A stretch of DNA of 64,000 bases from Eledone cirrhosa (Eukaryota): assembly GCA_964016885.1 (NCBI GenBank), contig OZ024746.1, positions 46,562,001-46,626,000 on the forward strand. The letters are read 5' to 3'. A program made the translations under genes and the position numbers. The notes under the pieces were generated by a model. The model had not been told where the DNA came from and searched no databases. It was given only the letters and a program-made list of their open reading frames with translations. Numbering within the stretch: the stretch's first letter is position 1; each line of letters begins with the position of its first letter. This document shows, piece after piece, positions 15,654 to 29,175 of the stretch.

Positions 15654-15725
15654 TATATATACTATATATATATATATATATACTATATATACTATATATA
15701 TATATATATATATATATACTATATA

Positions 15726-15777
<52 letters not shown>

Positions 15778-15814
15778 TATATATACTATATATAAATATA
15801 TATATATATATATA

Positions 15815-15865
<51 letters not shown>

Positions 15866-16001
15866 CTATATATACTATATATATATATATATATACTATA
15901 TATACTATATATATATATATATATATATACTATATATACTATATATATACTATATATATATATATACTATATATACTATATAATATATATATATATATAT
16001 A

Positions 16002-16067
<66 letters not shown>

Positions 16068-16177
16068 TATATATATATATATATATATATGTAGGTCCCG
16101 GGTTGAGTTGGGGAAAACCACAGTAAGTAAGGTACTCAATACATGGCAGAGTTAAAATTTTTTCATTGTATAGAAGG

Positions 16178-16228
16178 AGCTTCTACAGGACTAGTACTGT
16201 TTCATTCAGATGAAATCTTCAGGAAGCT
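16178..16228 (-). ncRNA. Type I hammerhead ribozyme (F5)
   Basis: AGCTTC-CTGAAGA-T TTC atct GAA T-GAAA-CAG tactagtc CTG-TA-GAAGCT; perfect 6 bp stem I. Confidence 0.85.
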
Positions 16229-16669
16229 GTGTGTCATATTAAGTTCTGGTATTTATACATTTAGGTAGTGGTAAGGGAGGGGTGGTGGCTGGGGAGCGGG
16301 GGAATTTTTTGTGGTAGGATGGTATTTAGATACACAGGACCACAACATGGCACAGGCCGTTTTTCTTTGGGGAGTTGTCAATTAGCCAGAATGCTTTTTT
16401 GAAATAAATAAATAAATAAGTAAATAAATAAATAAATGAATAAATAGATAAATCAATAAATAAATAAATAAATTTAAAAAAAAAATAAATAAATAAATAA
16501 ATAAAAAAAATAAAAAAATAAAAACCTCAAGAATAGTAATTCAACTGATATATAGTAGGGAGATTTTTTAGGTGGATTGGTAATAGAAGATAAACCGAAT
16601 CATGGCACAGACTGAGGTGAGTGGTCAAGTTAACATACAAGCCACAGGTGGCCAGAGTGTCTTTGTAGA

Positions 16670-18401
16670 ATGGAAAGAATAAAATATATTGATGACACTA
16701 CTTTGACTGAAACAAACATAGCCGGAAAGAAGATCGCCACTTCCCTTAAACTGGAAGACCGGACAGAACCTCTGAGGGTAAAGTCCCCACACTTCACCAT
16801 GAAAGGCCACAAGAACAACTTCGACAATAAACCGTCGGTCCGGCTGATTAACCCGACCAAGTCTGACATAGGATCCGTCAGTAAGAAGATCCTGGACAGG
16901 ATTCTACCTAGACTACGTGCTGCCTCACCCCTCCCACTCTGGAATAGGACATCAGAGGCAATCACATGGTTCCGGGACTTGCCCGACAAAAGCAACACCC
17001 GCTTCCTACAGCTAGACATCGAGGATTACTACGCCTACATATCAGAGAGCCTGCTGATTGACGCGATTAACTTCGCCAGGAACTTAACCACAATCACCGA
17101 AGCCGAGCAGGATGTTATCCTCCATGCACGTAAGACTTTTCTTTACCATGACAGATCCCACTGGATCAACAAAAGATCTGAGACCCCCTTCGACGTTAGG
17201 ATGGGTGCTAGTGACTCAGCTGAAATAAGTGACCTTGTGGGTCTGTTCATCTTCCACAGGTTGAAGACCCTCTTCACAGGCCTCTCCGGCGGTCTCTACC
17301 GAGATGACGGCCTCTTTGCCCTCCACAAAATCAACCCCAGGACCACGGATGGGTTCAGGAAATACCTTTACACCTTCTTTAAAAACTTAGGCCTTAGGAT
17401 TACCTTAGATTCGAACTTAACTAAAGCTAACTTCCTAGACGTTACCTTCGACTTAGAAACTTCCCTTTACTACCCGTACCACAAACCTAATGAATCCCTT
17501 AGATATATAGACGTTAATTCTAACCACCCCAAAAATATATTAGACAACCTAGTGAAAAGTGTCTCCACTAGGATATCTAGCCTCGCCGCCAATGAAGATA
17601 TCTTTAGAGCAGCAGCCCCCCTATTACAACGAGGCCCTGGCCCGCAGTGGCTTTAGAGATAAGATCACCTACCTTAGTATAGCCCCACGCCCACCCAGGA
17701 AGAATAGGCGAAGGCACATTAGCTGGTACAACCCCCCCTTCAACCGCGAAGTTTCAATACCTGTAGCTAAAATTTTCTTCACTCTCTTACAAAAACACTT
17801 CCCCACCCAACATAGGTACTATACAATCCTTAATAAGAATACCATTAGACTCTCTTACTCTACCACACCTAATCTAGCTAGGAACTTAGCCAACAATAAC
17901 ATCAAGAAGCTAAATAAGTCTACTTTTTCCGAAGCCCATCCAGCAACCGATGGCAATTGCAATTGCCCTGATAAGACTACCTGCCTTCTCAACAACAACT
18001 GTCTAAAAAAAGATCTCGTCTATATATGCGATGTAATCTCAGGCCCCGATGAAAAAAGAAACTCGTACATCGGGATGACTTCTAACAGTTTTAAGACTCG
18101 CTGGTACGCCCACACACATTCGTTCCGGCGCCCAGACAAATCTAACCAAACTACACTCGCCGCCCACATCTGGTACCTTAAAAGGAACTCCATCCCCTTC
18201 AAGATCCAATGGAGACTACTCCAGAGAGCGAGATCCTACACGGGAGGCCATAATTGCTGTGACCTCTGTATCTCCGAGAGCTATGAGATTCTATTCGCCA
18301 AAGGCCCTCTCCTCAACAAGATCTCGGAGCACTCCCCTAATTGCATGCACAAGAACTATGCAAATTACAAAAACTACAGACCCACCCGGCCCCCCGACTG
18401 A
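16670..18401 (+). pseudogene. PLE reverse transcriptase and GIY-YIG endonuclease, 5'-truncated, one frameshift near 17615-17621
   Basis: RLINPTKSDIG, FLQLDIEDYY, MGASDSAEISDLVG, GLYRDDG, FLDVTFDL, CNCx5C, YIGMT, CDLC. Confidence 0.92.
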
Positions 18402-18820
18402 CCCCCCCCCCCCACATATCACCACCCCACCTCCGCCCCCATCCCACTTCCGTCCCCCCATCTCTCATTATTACCTTCTTTCCTCCCCTCTATCTCTCAT
18501 TATTACCTTCTTTCCTCCCCTCCAGGTCTTATATATTGTGTTGTATGCCTCTGAGTAAAGTTCCGTGGCCGCACACACAAATTCGCGTATATACCTGCTC
18601 ATGTTTGCATACGTGCAGTTATGAACTGCTGCACGCACACGTTCGAGATTTATTTATCTATTTATTTGTATATTTATTTATTTATTTATTTATTCAGATA
18701 TTTTATTTATTTATCTATTTATTTATTTATTTATTTATTTACTTGTTTATTTGTTTATCTGTTTGTTTGTTTGTTTGTTTGTTAGTTAACTCATTCATTT
18801 ATTTATTTATTAATTAATGA

Positions 18821-19040
18821 GTGAAGGCGTGTGGCTGAGTGGTTAGAGAATTGGATTCGCAATCGTAAGGTTGTGAGTTCGATTCCTGGACCAGGCGATG
18901 CGTTATGTCCTTGAGCAAGACACTTTATTTCACGTTGCTCCTTCTACCTGGAGTTGCGACCGATAGATAGTATTAGCAATTGGAAAGACCAACGGAAACA
19001 TTGTTCCCTCGGTCCGATTTGACGAAAGTCGATCGTCCTT
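18821..19040 (+). mobile_element. tRNA-derived SINE with CORE-like domain
   Basis: A box TGGCTGAGTGG, B box GTTCGATTC, TGTCCTTGAGCAAGACACTT; near-identical copies at 31855-32073 and 37907-38117. Confidence 0.85.
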
Positions 19041-19327
19041 TTATGATTAGGTAATGAATAGATAAAAGATAAAAGATAGGTAACGAATAGTGAATGGTAA
19101 ATAGTAAATAATAAATAGTAATTAATTACTTGATGATAATATAAATAACTTAGTAGTGATATTAATTATTTCAATCCTCTATCAGGCCCAGTACCTTTTC
19201 CGATTATATTATAGACACATACATGTGTGCGAACGAGTGCGTGTTTGTGCATTTGTGTTTATGTGTACTTATTTGTATGTATGTATGTGTATGTATGCGT
19301 GTGTGCTTGTATATGTGTATGTGCATA

Positions 19328-19372
<45 letters not shown>

Positions 19373-19656
19373 ATATATATGTATATGTGTGTATGTGTGT
19401 ATATGTATATATGTTTATATATGTGTGTATGTATGCGTTTGTGTGTGTGTGTGTATGTATGTGTATGTATGTATGTGTGTGCATATTTATGTATATGTAT
19501 GTATAGTATAGTTTATACCGAGAGACATACATACATGTATGTGGTATATATATGTATATGGGTATGCGCACGTGTGTATGTGTAGATATATATATATGTG
19601 TGTATGTGTATGCGTGTGTGTGTATATTTGTGTGTTTGTGTTTTTTCTTGTGTGTG

Positions 19657-19721
<65 letters not shown>

Positions 19722-20374
19722 ACACATATATATATATTTCGTTTCTGAATTTGTTTAGCAAGATTCTTTATCTGAAATCGTGTGTTGAAACCGATATTGT
19801 TATACTTTGGGAGGGTCATGTTGCCAATAAGAAACACACGCACCAGATGCTTTCACTTCAATTTATTATAATAAATTTATAATAAATTTATAAATTTATA
19901 AATTTCTGGTTGGTTGGTTCCACAACCAGATAGTTGTTTATATATAGTCATAGTTCTTTCGTCACACACTCTGTGACCTCTTCAGTGACTGGGGATTCCT
20001 TTCTTTGTTTCTGTGCCTCTCCTTTGTTCTGTCCTACGCCATTTTGTTTCTGTGTGTGTGTTGTGTGCTCAGTCTGCGCATGCGCCACATCCGGGTGTCT
20101 GTGTGTGTTTATGTTCATTTATTTATTTGTTTATTTACATGTTACTGGTTGGTTGTTTGTTCTATGTGTGTGTGTGTTTTCATTTTGTCCTTAATTGTAA
20201 GTTTTGATGTTGCTGTTCCACTCATATTTTCTATTTAATTTTGGTTGTAATTCTTTTATGTTTATTGCCTCTGTAATTTGTCTAAACATTGCGTCTTTTC
20301 TGTGTGTAGATTCTATTTTTATTTCTATGTTCTCTAATTTACCCTTGTGTTCTATTTTAGCATGTTGGTAGAGT

Positions 20375-21941
20375 TCCGTGGGATTGATACCAGTGAGCTG
20401 GGACTCCTAATTAAGCTTACCTATAGTAATAATTACCTAGACACATATGACCTTAGCAACCTGTGCCCTACAAGACCAGCAAGAGGCAGACCACCTACCA
20501 TTACCTCAATGGCCAAGAAAACCCACACAGATAGATGGAACGGGTGGACCAGAGCCATACGGACACCCGAAAACCACGATGAACTGAAGAAAATGATTGC
20601 ACATGGGTAGGGGCCAGCATAAAACTAACCCTTAAGGAACATATGTTCAAATTTAATGTAAAAACATATGCCCAAGAGGAAGGAGCAGCCATTGGTGTTA
20701 GCATTGCAGGCGACATAGCTAACTTATTCATGGTATGGTGGGACAGTAGACTTAAACTTAAACTTAAAGAACAATTAGAAGACCCCTTAACCCTGATAAT
20801 GTACTCCCGCTACGTTGATGATATAAACATCGTAGTTAAGACACCCCCACTAGAGAACAGTCAGGAACTAGAGAAAAACACAATGGAAAGCATCCAGCAA
20901 ATAGCAAACTCCATCCACCAGAGCATTAGAGTTACTATAGACTACCCAAGTAAACACCCCAACCATCGATTCCCTGTACTAGACACAGAGCTCTGGTTAG
21001 ATACCATTAACAACAAAAACAGATCCTCCATTCCCATTATGCCAAACCCATGACTTCCAAACATCTGATCCACCGAAACTCGGCCGTTTCGGACCATACC
21101 AAAATCAACATACTTATTGCGGATTTGGTACGGGTGATGAGAAATGTGTCCCGCATGTGCAACCTCGAAGAACTAGAGAGACACATACAACACTTCATCC
21201 AGCGTATGCAGTTCTCTGGCTACAATCAGAGAGATGAAATCAGAGTGTATAGAGGAGCCAGAACTAAATGGGAAAAAATGGTAAATAATGACATAAATGG
21301 GACCTTCCCCTTTTATAGGAGCACATTTTGGAATAGAATAGAAAGAACTAGGAACAAGGCTAATAGAATAAACTCATGGTATGATAGCAATAAATACCAG
21401 AGTGTAATGTTCATCGATACAACCCCTAGAGGTGAATTAGCTTACAAATTTAGAAGGGCCCTAAATAAACATAAACTCAATATTAAGATAGTACAAAGAC
21501 CAGGTACCTCCGTAAAAACACTTATTAGCAAGACATACCCTTTTCAAAGACCCTCATGTATAGATAGGAAATGTATAACCTGTAAAATAAGGCCCCCATA
21601 TTAACTGTAAAACTAAAAATGTAGTGTATAGCATAAGATGTACTGAAGGACAATGTAGAGACAAAAATATAGTGTACATAGGTGAGACAGCTCGTAGTGT
21701 AGGGGAACGGATAAATGAACACTGGCGAGACCTTCAAGATAGTAAAGAATCATCTGTACTCTACCAACATGCTAAAATAGAACACAAGGGTAAATTAGAG
21801 AACATAGAAATAAAAATAGAATCTACACACAGAAAAGACGCAATGTTTAGACAAATTACAGAGGCAATAAACATAAAAGAATTACAACCAAAATTAAATA
21901 GAAAATATGAGTGGAACAGTAACATCACAACTTACAATTAA
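20375..21941 (+). pseudogene. PLE RT and GIY-YIG, 5'-truncated and frameshifted
   Basis: QEEGAAIG..ANLFMVWWD, RYVDDI, FPVLD, CIDRKCITC, VYSIRC..YIGETARSVGERINEH, EAINI..LN. Confidence 0.92.
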
Positions 21942-22141
21942 GGACAAAATGAAAACACACACATACATAGAACAAATAACCAACCAGTAACATGTAAATA
22001 AACAAATAAATAAATGAACATAAACACACACAGACACCCGGATGTGGCGCATGCGCAGACTGAGCACACAACACACACACAGAAACAAAATGGCGTAGAA
22101 CAGAACAAAGGAGAGGCACAGAAACAAAGAAAGGAATCCCC

Positions 22142-22186
22142 AGTCACTGAAGAGGTCACAGAGTGTGTGACGAAAGAACTATGACT
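22142..22186 (+). ncRNA. Minimal hammerhead (F6); inverse copy 19946-19990
   Basis: AGTCA-CTGAAGA-G-GTCACA gagtg TGTGAC-GAAA-GAAC-TA-TGACT. Confidence 0.8.
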
Positions 22187-22323
22187 ATATATAAACAACT
22201 ATCTGGTTTCGGAACCAACCAACCAATCAGAAATTTATAAATTTATGAATTTATTATAATAAATTGAAGTGAAAGCATCTGGTGCGTGTGTTTCTTATTG
22301 GCAACATGACCCTCCCAAAGTAT

Positions 22324-22355
<32 letters not shown>

Positions 22356-22360
<5 letters not shown>

Positions 22361-23147
22361 GAAGAGAGAAGAAACATTTAGATATAATTAGTAATAAAAT
22401 GTATCATACCTAAACTGCTCCTAGATTCCTCGACTACGTAGTTTCGTGGCATAAACAAAAACAATACATCATAAAGATATAGATTCCTTGCGAGGTCTGC
22501 CGACTTATCAAGTGGATACCTCATTTTACTAGCCTCAAGAACGCGTCTACACGACGTGAGAAAGAATCCCAAAAGGCGGAGAGGGGAGATAGTCACGCGA
22601 TATAACGGTCGAGAAAACGAGCTAAGCCTCTTATAACCCCGAAGAAAATACCACGGAGGCGGAGTGGGTATTTATATCGAAGCCGTAGAAGAGGTGGTGA
22701 AGGAGGGGAGAAGTATGAGTAATGGCAGCTTTCCAGCAGTCACCACACTTCAAAGATTACTCGACCAGAGGGAGTTATGAACAATATATTTAGAAACACA
22801 CAGATACATGCGGACACACATATACATGAATGCATCCACACCCAACCGTGAGTTAATGGTGCCAATCTTACCGATGTTGCTCAATGAATGACTGGGACAG
22901 GCCAATCCGGTTGAACTAGACTGAACCAGTATCAGAGTTAAAAATACATTATGAAGAGAGAAGACGCGTTCTTGAGGCTAGTAAAATTAGGTATCCTCTT
23001 GATAAGTCGGCAGACCTCGCAAGGACTCTATATCTTTATGATGTATTGTTTTTGTTTATGCCACGAAACTACGTAGTCGAGGAATCTAGGAGCAGTTTAG
23101 GTATGATACATTTTATTACTAATTAGATCTAAATGTTTCTTCTCTCT
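22356..23147 (-). mobile_element. Non-coding 592 nt HHR unit (F7) plus a 185 bp inverted arm
   Basis: ATTATGAAGAGAGAAGA recurs 592 nt apart; 22962-23147 is the reverse complement of about 22363-22548. Confidence 0.75.
22994..23083 (+). ncRNA. Hammerhead, U3-A8 variant with long loop II (F7); inverse copy 22427-22516
   Basis: TCCTC-TTGATAA-GT(C)GGCA..~45 nt..TGCCAC-GAAA-CTACGTAG-TC-GAGGA. Confidence 0.8.
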
Positions 23148-23160
23148 ATACATATATATA

Positions 23161-23216
<56 letters not shown>

Positions 23217-23362
23217 TATATATATATATATATACTATATATATACTATATATATATACTATATATATATACTATATATATATACTATATATATATACTA
23301 TATATATATATACTATATATATATATACTATATATATATATACTATATATATATATATATAC

Positions 23363-23400
<38 letters not shown>

Positions 23401-23592
23401 ATATATAGTATATATATATATATATATACTATATATATACTATATATATATATATACTATATATATATATACTATATATATATATACTATATATATATAT
23501 ACTATATATATATATATACTATATATATATATATACTATATATATATATATACTATTTATATATATACTATTTATATATATACTATATATAT

Positions 23593-23625
<33 letters not shown>

Positions 23626-23634
23626 TATTTATAT

Positions 23635-23711
<77 letters not shown>

Positions 23712-23729
23712 TATATATATATACATATA

Positions 23730-24169
23730 ATATAAGATCAAAAGATGGTTAAAGGAGTTCCATATATTTTATTATGCGCATTTCAAAAACAAACATCATC
23801 AAGCAATAATATTTGTGTTTTCATCAGATAAAACAGGAGAACATGATATGAAGGCTAAAAAACACTTGTTGATAGTGCAGTTTTAAATCAACATATCAAC
23901 AAATCAACATCAGATATGTTGATTTAAAACTGCACTATCAACAAGTATTTTTTAGCCTTCATATCATGTTCTCCTGTTTTATCTGATGAAAACACAAATA
24001 TTATTGCTTGATGATGTTTGTTTTTGAAATGCGCATAATAAAATATATGGAACTCCTTTAACCATCTTTTGATCTTATATTATACATACTCCAGTCCCAC
24101 AAACTGTAGAGTGCTTCTTATCCGATATCTGCATTGCTTTATTGTACTACAATAAAACTCACCTCCTAC
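23730..24169 (+). mobile_element. Fold-back PLE-type insertion, family F8, HHR on both strands (23765-23835 minus, 23975-24045 plus)
   Basis: TGTTTTAT-CTGATGA-long stem II-GAAA-TGCGCA-TA-ATAAAATA; arms ~165 bp and tail ~85 bp. Confidence 0.82.
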
Positions 24170-24217
<48 letters not shown>

Positions 24218-24224
24218 ATAAATA

Positions 24225-24362
<138 letters not shown>

Positions 24363-24378
24363 CTATTAATATATATAC

Positions 24379-24559
<181 letters not shown>

Positions 24560-24686
24560 TATTTATATATATATATATATACTATTTATATATATATATA
24601 TATCTATATATACTCTTTTACTCTTTTACCTGTTTCAGCCATCCGGCTGAGGCCATGATGGGGCACCGCCCTTGTTGCTACACATT

Positions 24687-27600
24687 TTATCTCCAGCCTG
24701 TATAGGTTGGCCACCGGTGTAAGAGGGAGTTTGTTGCTGCTGCCCTTAGGTTTCTATCGTGTCTTGCTGTGGGCTCATCCGGAATCCTGGATAACAAGGT
24801 GTCGAGATGTTTCTTAAAGACATCCACCTCCACGTCATGCAAGTCTGTCAGATGCCTCGGCAGCCTGTTGAAGAGTTGAGGGCCCTTGAATCCCAGGCTA
24901 TTGCAATACCTGCTCCTTATTCTAGATGTGGAAGACGGGACCTTTGGCACCACACAGTGACGTCCTGTTCGAGGGTTGGTCCAGCTCCCAATGCCAAAGT
25001 TTGATGCTAGTCCCTCCAGGATTTTCCACATGTAGATCACTGCGTATCTCTCCCGTCTTCGCTCCAAGGAGTAGAGGTTCAGTTCCTTTAGCCTCTCCCA
25101 GTAGCTTGTCTCCCTCATCTTGGCAATCCTCTTGGTGTAGCTTCGCTGGATTGCCTCAAGCTCCGTGGTTAGTTTGACACTATGGGGTGACCACAACTGG
25201 GAGCAGTAGTCCAGGCGGCTTAGGACAAAAGTCCTCCACAGTGTCAACATGGTGTCTCGATCTCTTGTCCGGAAAGTCCTCAAGATCCAGCCAGCGAGTC
25301 GTCTGCACGTTGTCGCCACGTTCATGATGTGTGAAGAAAAAGATGCATCATCGCTCATGTCTATGCCCAAGTCTCGTATCGATTTTGACACAGGGATATC
25401 GGTCCCTCCTGGTCCTGTCTAGCTGTGTTCCACTATATTTGTGTTTGCAGGTTTGATTTGTAGGGCTTGGAATTTGCCAGCATTAAACTGCATGTTGTTT
25501 TCTTCCGCCCATCTGTATATGGCATCCAGATCCTGATGTAAAAGGGCAGCGTCAGCCGGGTTTTTGATTGTCTGTGCTACCCTAGTGTCATCAGCATAGC
25601 TAGTGAGGGATGTTGTTGCATGCACCACAGAGGGCATGTCCGAGAGAGCCACCAAAAACAGTAGTGGTCCCAGGACTGTCCCCTGGGAACCCCACTTGTT
25701 ATCGGTGTTTCCCTCGAGAGGGCCCCATTTGCTGCGACTGCCTGGCTTCTGTCTCTTAGGAAGCCATGCAGCCACTCACCTACTTTTCCAGTTATGCCGA
25801 GTCCGTGTAGTTTGTGACATATCATTCCGTGGTCGACCTTGTCAAAGGCCTTCGCAAAGTCAAGATATATCACGTCCACATGTGAGCTGTCTAGTAGTTG
25901 TCTCAGTACCCAGTCGTAGTGATGTAGCAGCTGTGTAAGGCAGCTTCTTCCTGGGCGGAAGCCATGTTGCGTGCTAGTCAGGCGGTCATTTTCTTCGAGG
26001 AAAGTGATTAGTTTCTTTCTGACGACTCACTCCATGACCTTACTGATATGCGATGTCAGGGAGACTGGCCTATAGTTCCTGGCCTCCGCTCTACTACCTC
26101 CTTTATGGATAGGGCATATTGTGCCTTCTTTCAGCTCCCTGGGTAGTACACCGCTAGCCAAGGGGCTTCTGAAGAGCATCTTCAGTGGAGTTGCTAAGGC
26201 CCGCTTACATATTTTTAAGAGAACTGCTGGGAATCCATCAGGTCCAGCAGCCGAGTCTGTTCTAATTTCATCAATGGCGTACACCACATCCTCCTCCGTT
26301 ATGTCTATGTGGTTGATGGTTGCCATTTCTTGATGTAGTGTTGTGGCATCAAAGAACTCCTCTGGCTTCGTTATTTGCATGTGCCTCAGTGGACATGTGA
26401 AGACACTTTTGTACTGTTCGTTCAGTATTTCACATATCTCTTGGGAATTTTCGGTTAATGAACCGTCCGTGTGGAAGAGTGGCCCAATCTTGCAGTGTAC
26501 TGAGGCAGTTTCTTTTGCAAATTTAAAGAAGGCCTTAGGGTTTGTTTTAATGTTTTCTATGGCCCTGTTCTCTTTCTTTGCCCTCTCATTCTCATGTGAA
26601 AGTTTGAGTGCAATCTCGGTGTCAAGTAGTGCACGTTTCAAATAGGATTCCTTCTTGTTTTTGTTTTGTTGACTATTCAACTGGTTTGAGAGTTTAGTTC
26701 TACGTCTCATAAAGATTTTCCTATCTCTGGGAATAAGATTTTTGTGTCTGTTTGCCTCTTTCTCCGGGACACACTTTTTGCATATGGTGTGTATCGTTGT
26801 CATGAAGTGTTGAAATTGTGTGTAAGTGTCTTGTGTGGCGGTGTTTTCACACCATGTTTGCTTCCGGATTTCACTCTTAATCTTTTTCCAGTTAGCCTTG
26901 TAGAAGTTAAGGTTGGATAGCGTCCCGGAGCTTCTTGGTGGTTTTGTCTCTGTTGGTTCTCTTGGACCACATATCATTAGCTCTACTAAGTTATGATCCG
27001 AGAGAATTGTTGGTGTCACCTTTACATCGTTGTTTGTAAAACAGAGGTCCAGGACATTTTCGCCTCTTGTTGGGAGGATTATTGCTTGCTCCATGAACAG
27101 CCTGTGTGTGAGGGCCAGCAGGGATTCCGTCTGTCTGTTCTATTGACGTCATTCCAGGGAGGAGGTGGCCCTCAGGCCATTTGACCTTTGGTAGGTTGAA
27201 GTCTCCCAGCAGTAGGATGTTGAGACCCTGGTCCAGTTTGTCAAGGAACTCTTCTATCCTACTTAGGCTATCCTCAAATTTACCCTTATGACTGGGGGCA
27301 TCGGGCGGCCGATATGTGACACATATTACTGTCTGTAGTTGCTTCATATGTATTATCAGTGTGTCACAGACTGAGTTTGAATGTGTCAACAGTACAATTG
27401 GTGTGACATCTTCACGGATATACAGAGCAACCCCACCATGAGTTCTCTCCTTCCTGTCCGAACGAAATACAGTATATTTCGGTATATGTATTTCTGCATC
27501 TGCTATACTCCTTGTCAGGTGCGTTTCGGTTAGTGCCATGCATAGTGCTTGATTTCTTATGGCTAAGTCTCCCAGGTAGGAAATTTTACTCATGTTACTG

Positions 27601-27704
27601 AGTTTCACCAGGCCCCTGACATTCAGCAGCAGCACTGGTGTGACTTTTGGGGTGCCAGTAATGGCTGTCGGTATGACACCTGGTCTGGTGTCAGCGGCGG
27701 CCAC
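24687..27704 (-). pseudogene. LINE ORF2 (APE endonuclease and RT), several frameshifts
   Basis: LNVRGL, ALTETHL, GGVALY, LLGDFNLP, SDHNLV, NYRPVSLTS, YLDFAKAFDKV, QGTVLGPLLF, YADD, SRLDYCSQLWSP. Confidence 0.93.
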
Positions 27705-28560
27705 TCTGGGTCCCTTAACTGCGGTAGTCTCGAGTGCTGGTGTAGATGACCCTGGCTCTGGAGACGATGCAGCCAGGTCAGCTGTCCCACAATCTTCTCT
27801 GCCATCACTAACATTTTTTTCTGATCTGCTGCTGCCATCTGTATCTCGTCGGCATGTGCGTGCCTTCTTCTTGTTGGTGCGGCACGCGCGACATCAGCAT
27901 ACTTCTGGAGCGGCTTATTTCGGCTTTGGCTGGGGCATGTTGCGCGAGTATGATGGGCATAGTTCGTTTGAGACCTAGGGTGGGCGAATCTGCATCCCAT
28001 CCCTGTCTCTCCATGCCAGCATGTCCCGTTCTTGAAAAACTTGCACATTACTTGGTGTTTTTTGCTCCCAGTGTCTCAGTGCTTTCTGTTCTTCCTTTGA
28101 ACAGTTGTCCACTGGTCCCTCTGCGCTTGGTTCTCCTTCGGAAGGTGATTTCGCTTTTCACCTTTGCCCTTAGCTTGTTGGTTGCCCGGTCTGCCCTCCC
28201 TGCCTGTGGCGGAGGGTATATCATTTTCTTTCAGGTCCGTGCTTGTGCTCTCCTCCTTTTCTTTTTCCTCTTCCTTTTCCCTCTCCTTCTCATCATCCCT
28301 CCCTTCGGTTTTCTCCTCCCTGAGGACACGGCTTAGCATCGCCATATGTGGCGCTATGAGGACATACGCCTTCTCAATTTCTTTTCTCTTTCTCTCTATC
28401 TGTGCCAGTGTCCTCAGAAACCCATGGCTCTTCAGGTTCTCCGGCATCTTTTTCTTGGTGGAGACCCATCAGCCATGGTCCACCCCTTGATCAAAACCGC
28501 TAGTTCCATCTTTGACCAGTTTCGTTGACTCCTAATTTCACCTTTTTCCTGCATGCAGTC
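27623..28560 (-). pseudogene. LINE ORF1 remnant with acidic/basic coiled region and CCCH zinc finger
   Basis: CKFFKNGTCWHGETGMGCRFAHP (C-x7-C-x8-C-x3-H) immediately upstream of ORF2. Confidence 0.7.
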
Positions 28561-29175
28561 CATTTCGCTGTGGAGGGGAGAAAGAGAGTCAGTGGGAAGT
28601 GTAGGGTAGAGGTTAGAGAGGGACAGAGGTAGGGAGGGAGATAGAGATATAACTCCAGTGAGATAAATATAACTCCAGCGAGAAAATGAAACAGAAACAG
28701 AAGAAAAGAAAAGAAAAGGGGGAGAGAGACAGAAGAGGGGAGCGAGAGAGATAGCGAGAAGAGTGGGGGGGAGGTCAGAGGGAGAGAGAGGAGATAGAGA
28801 GAGAGAGAGAGGGAGAGGGAGAGAGAGAGCTCGTTGATCTAGAGAGAGAGAGAGGGAGAGGGAGAGAGAGAGCTCGTTGATCTAGAGAGAGAGAGAGAGG
28901 GAGAGAGAGAGAGAGAGAGAGGAAGGAAGGAGAGAGATAGAGACAGCGTGAGCAATAGCAGTTCATAAATATAAAAATAAATTTTAAATTAAATTAATGA
29001 ATGGAAGAAACCGGAATCATAGAGATATAGAAACACGATGTAAGTTGTATATAAGTTGAATCTGAATGTTTGTTTACAAATATACGAAGTTATTGTAATA
29101 TCAACATATCAAATGTGGGTATGGTGAGGCGTGCGGTGGCCGGGGGCGGGGGGGGGGGGGGGGGGGAGTGCTCGA

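Larger units (their letters stand above)
16091..18815 (+). mobile_element. PLE (Hydra-clade-like) preceded by an inverted pLTR-like segment (16091-16545)
   Basis: RT plus C-terminal GIY-YIG ORF; minus-strand HHR segment upstream; inserted in (TA)n. Confidence 0.9.
19738..22330 (+). mobile_element. PLE (second clade, possibly Nematis-like) with ~575 bp inverted repeats (19797-20374 and 21758-22328)
   Basis: Arms are reverse complements; both carry HHR F6 and the last ~180 bp of the ORF. Confidence 0.9.

Noticed and set aside
16670-18401. Selenoprotein-type (Naiad-like) PLE
   Set aside because: Conserved Cys codons in the PLE ORFs read as TGT or TGC, and the endonuclease is C-terminal
18825-18897. 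Functional tRNA gene
   Set aside because: Followed by a CORE-like SINE body in three copies, with no Pol III terminator directly after the tRNA part
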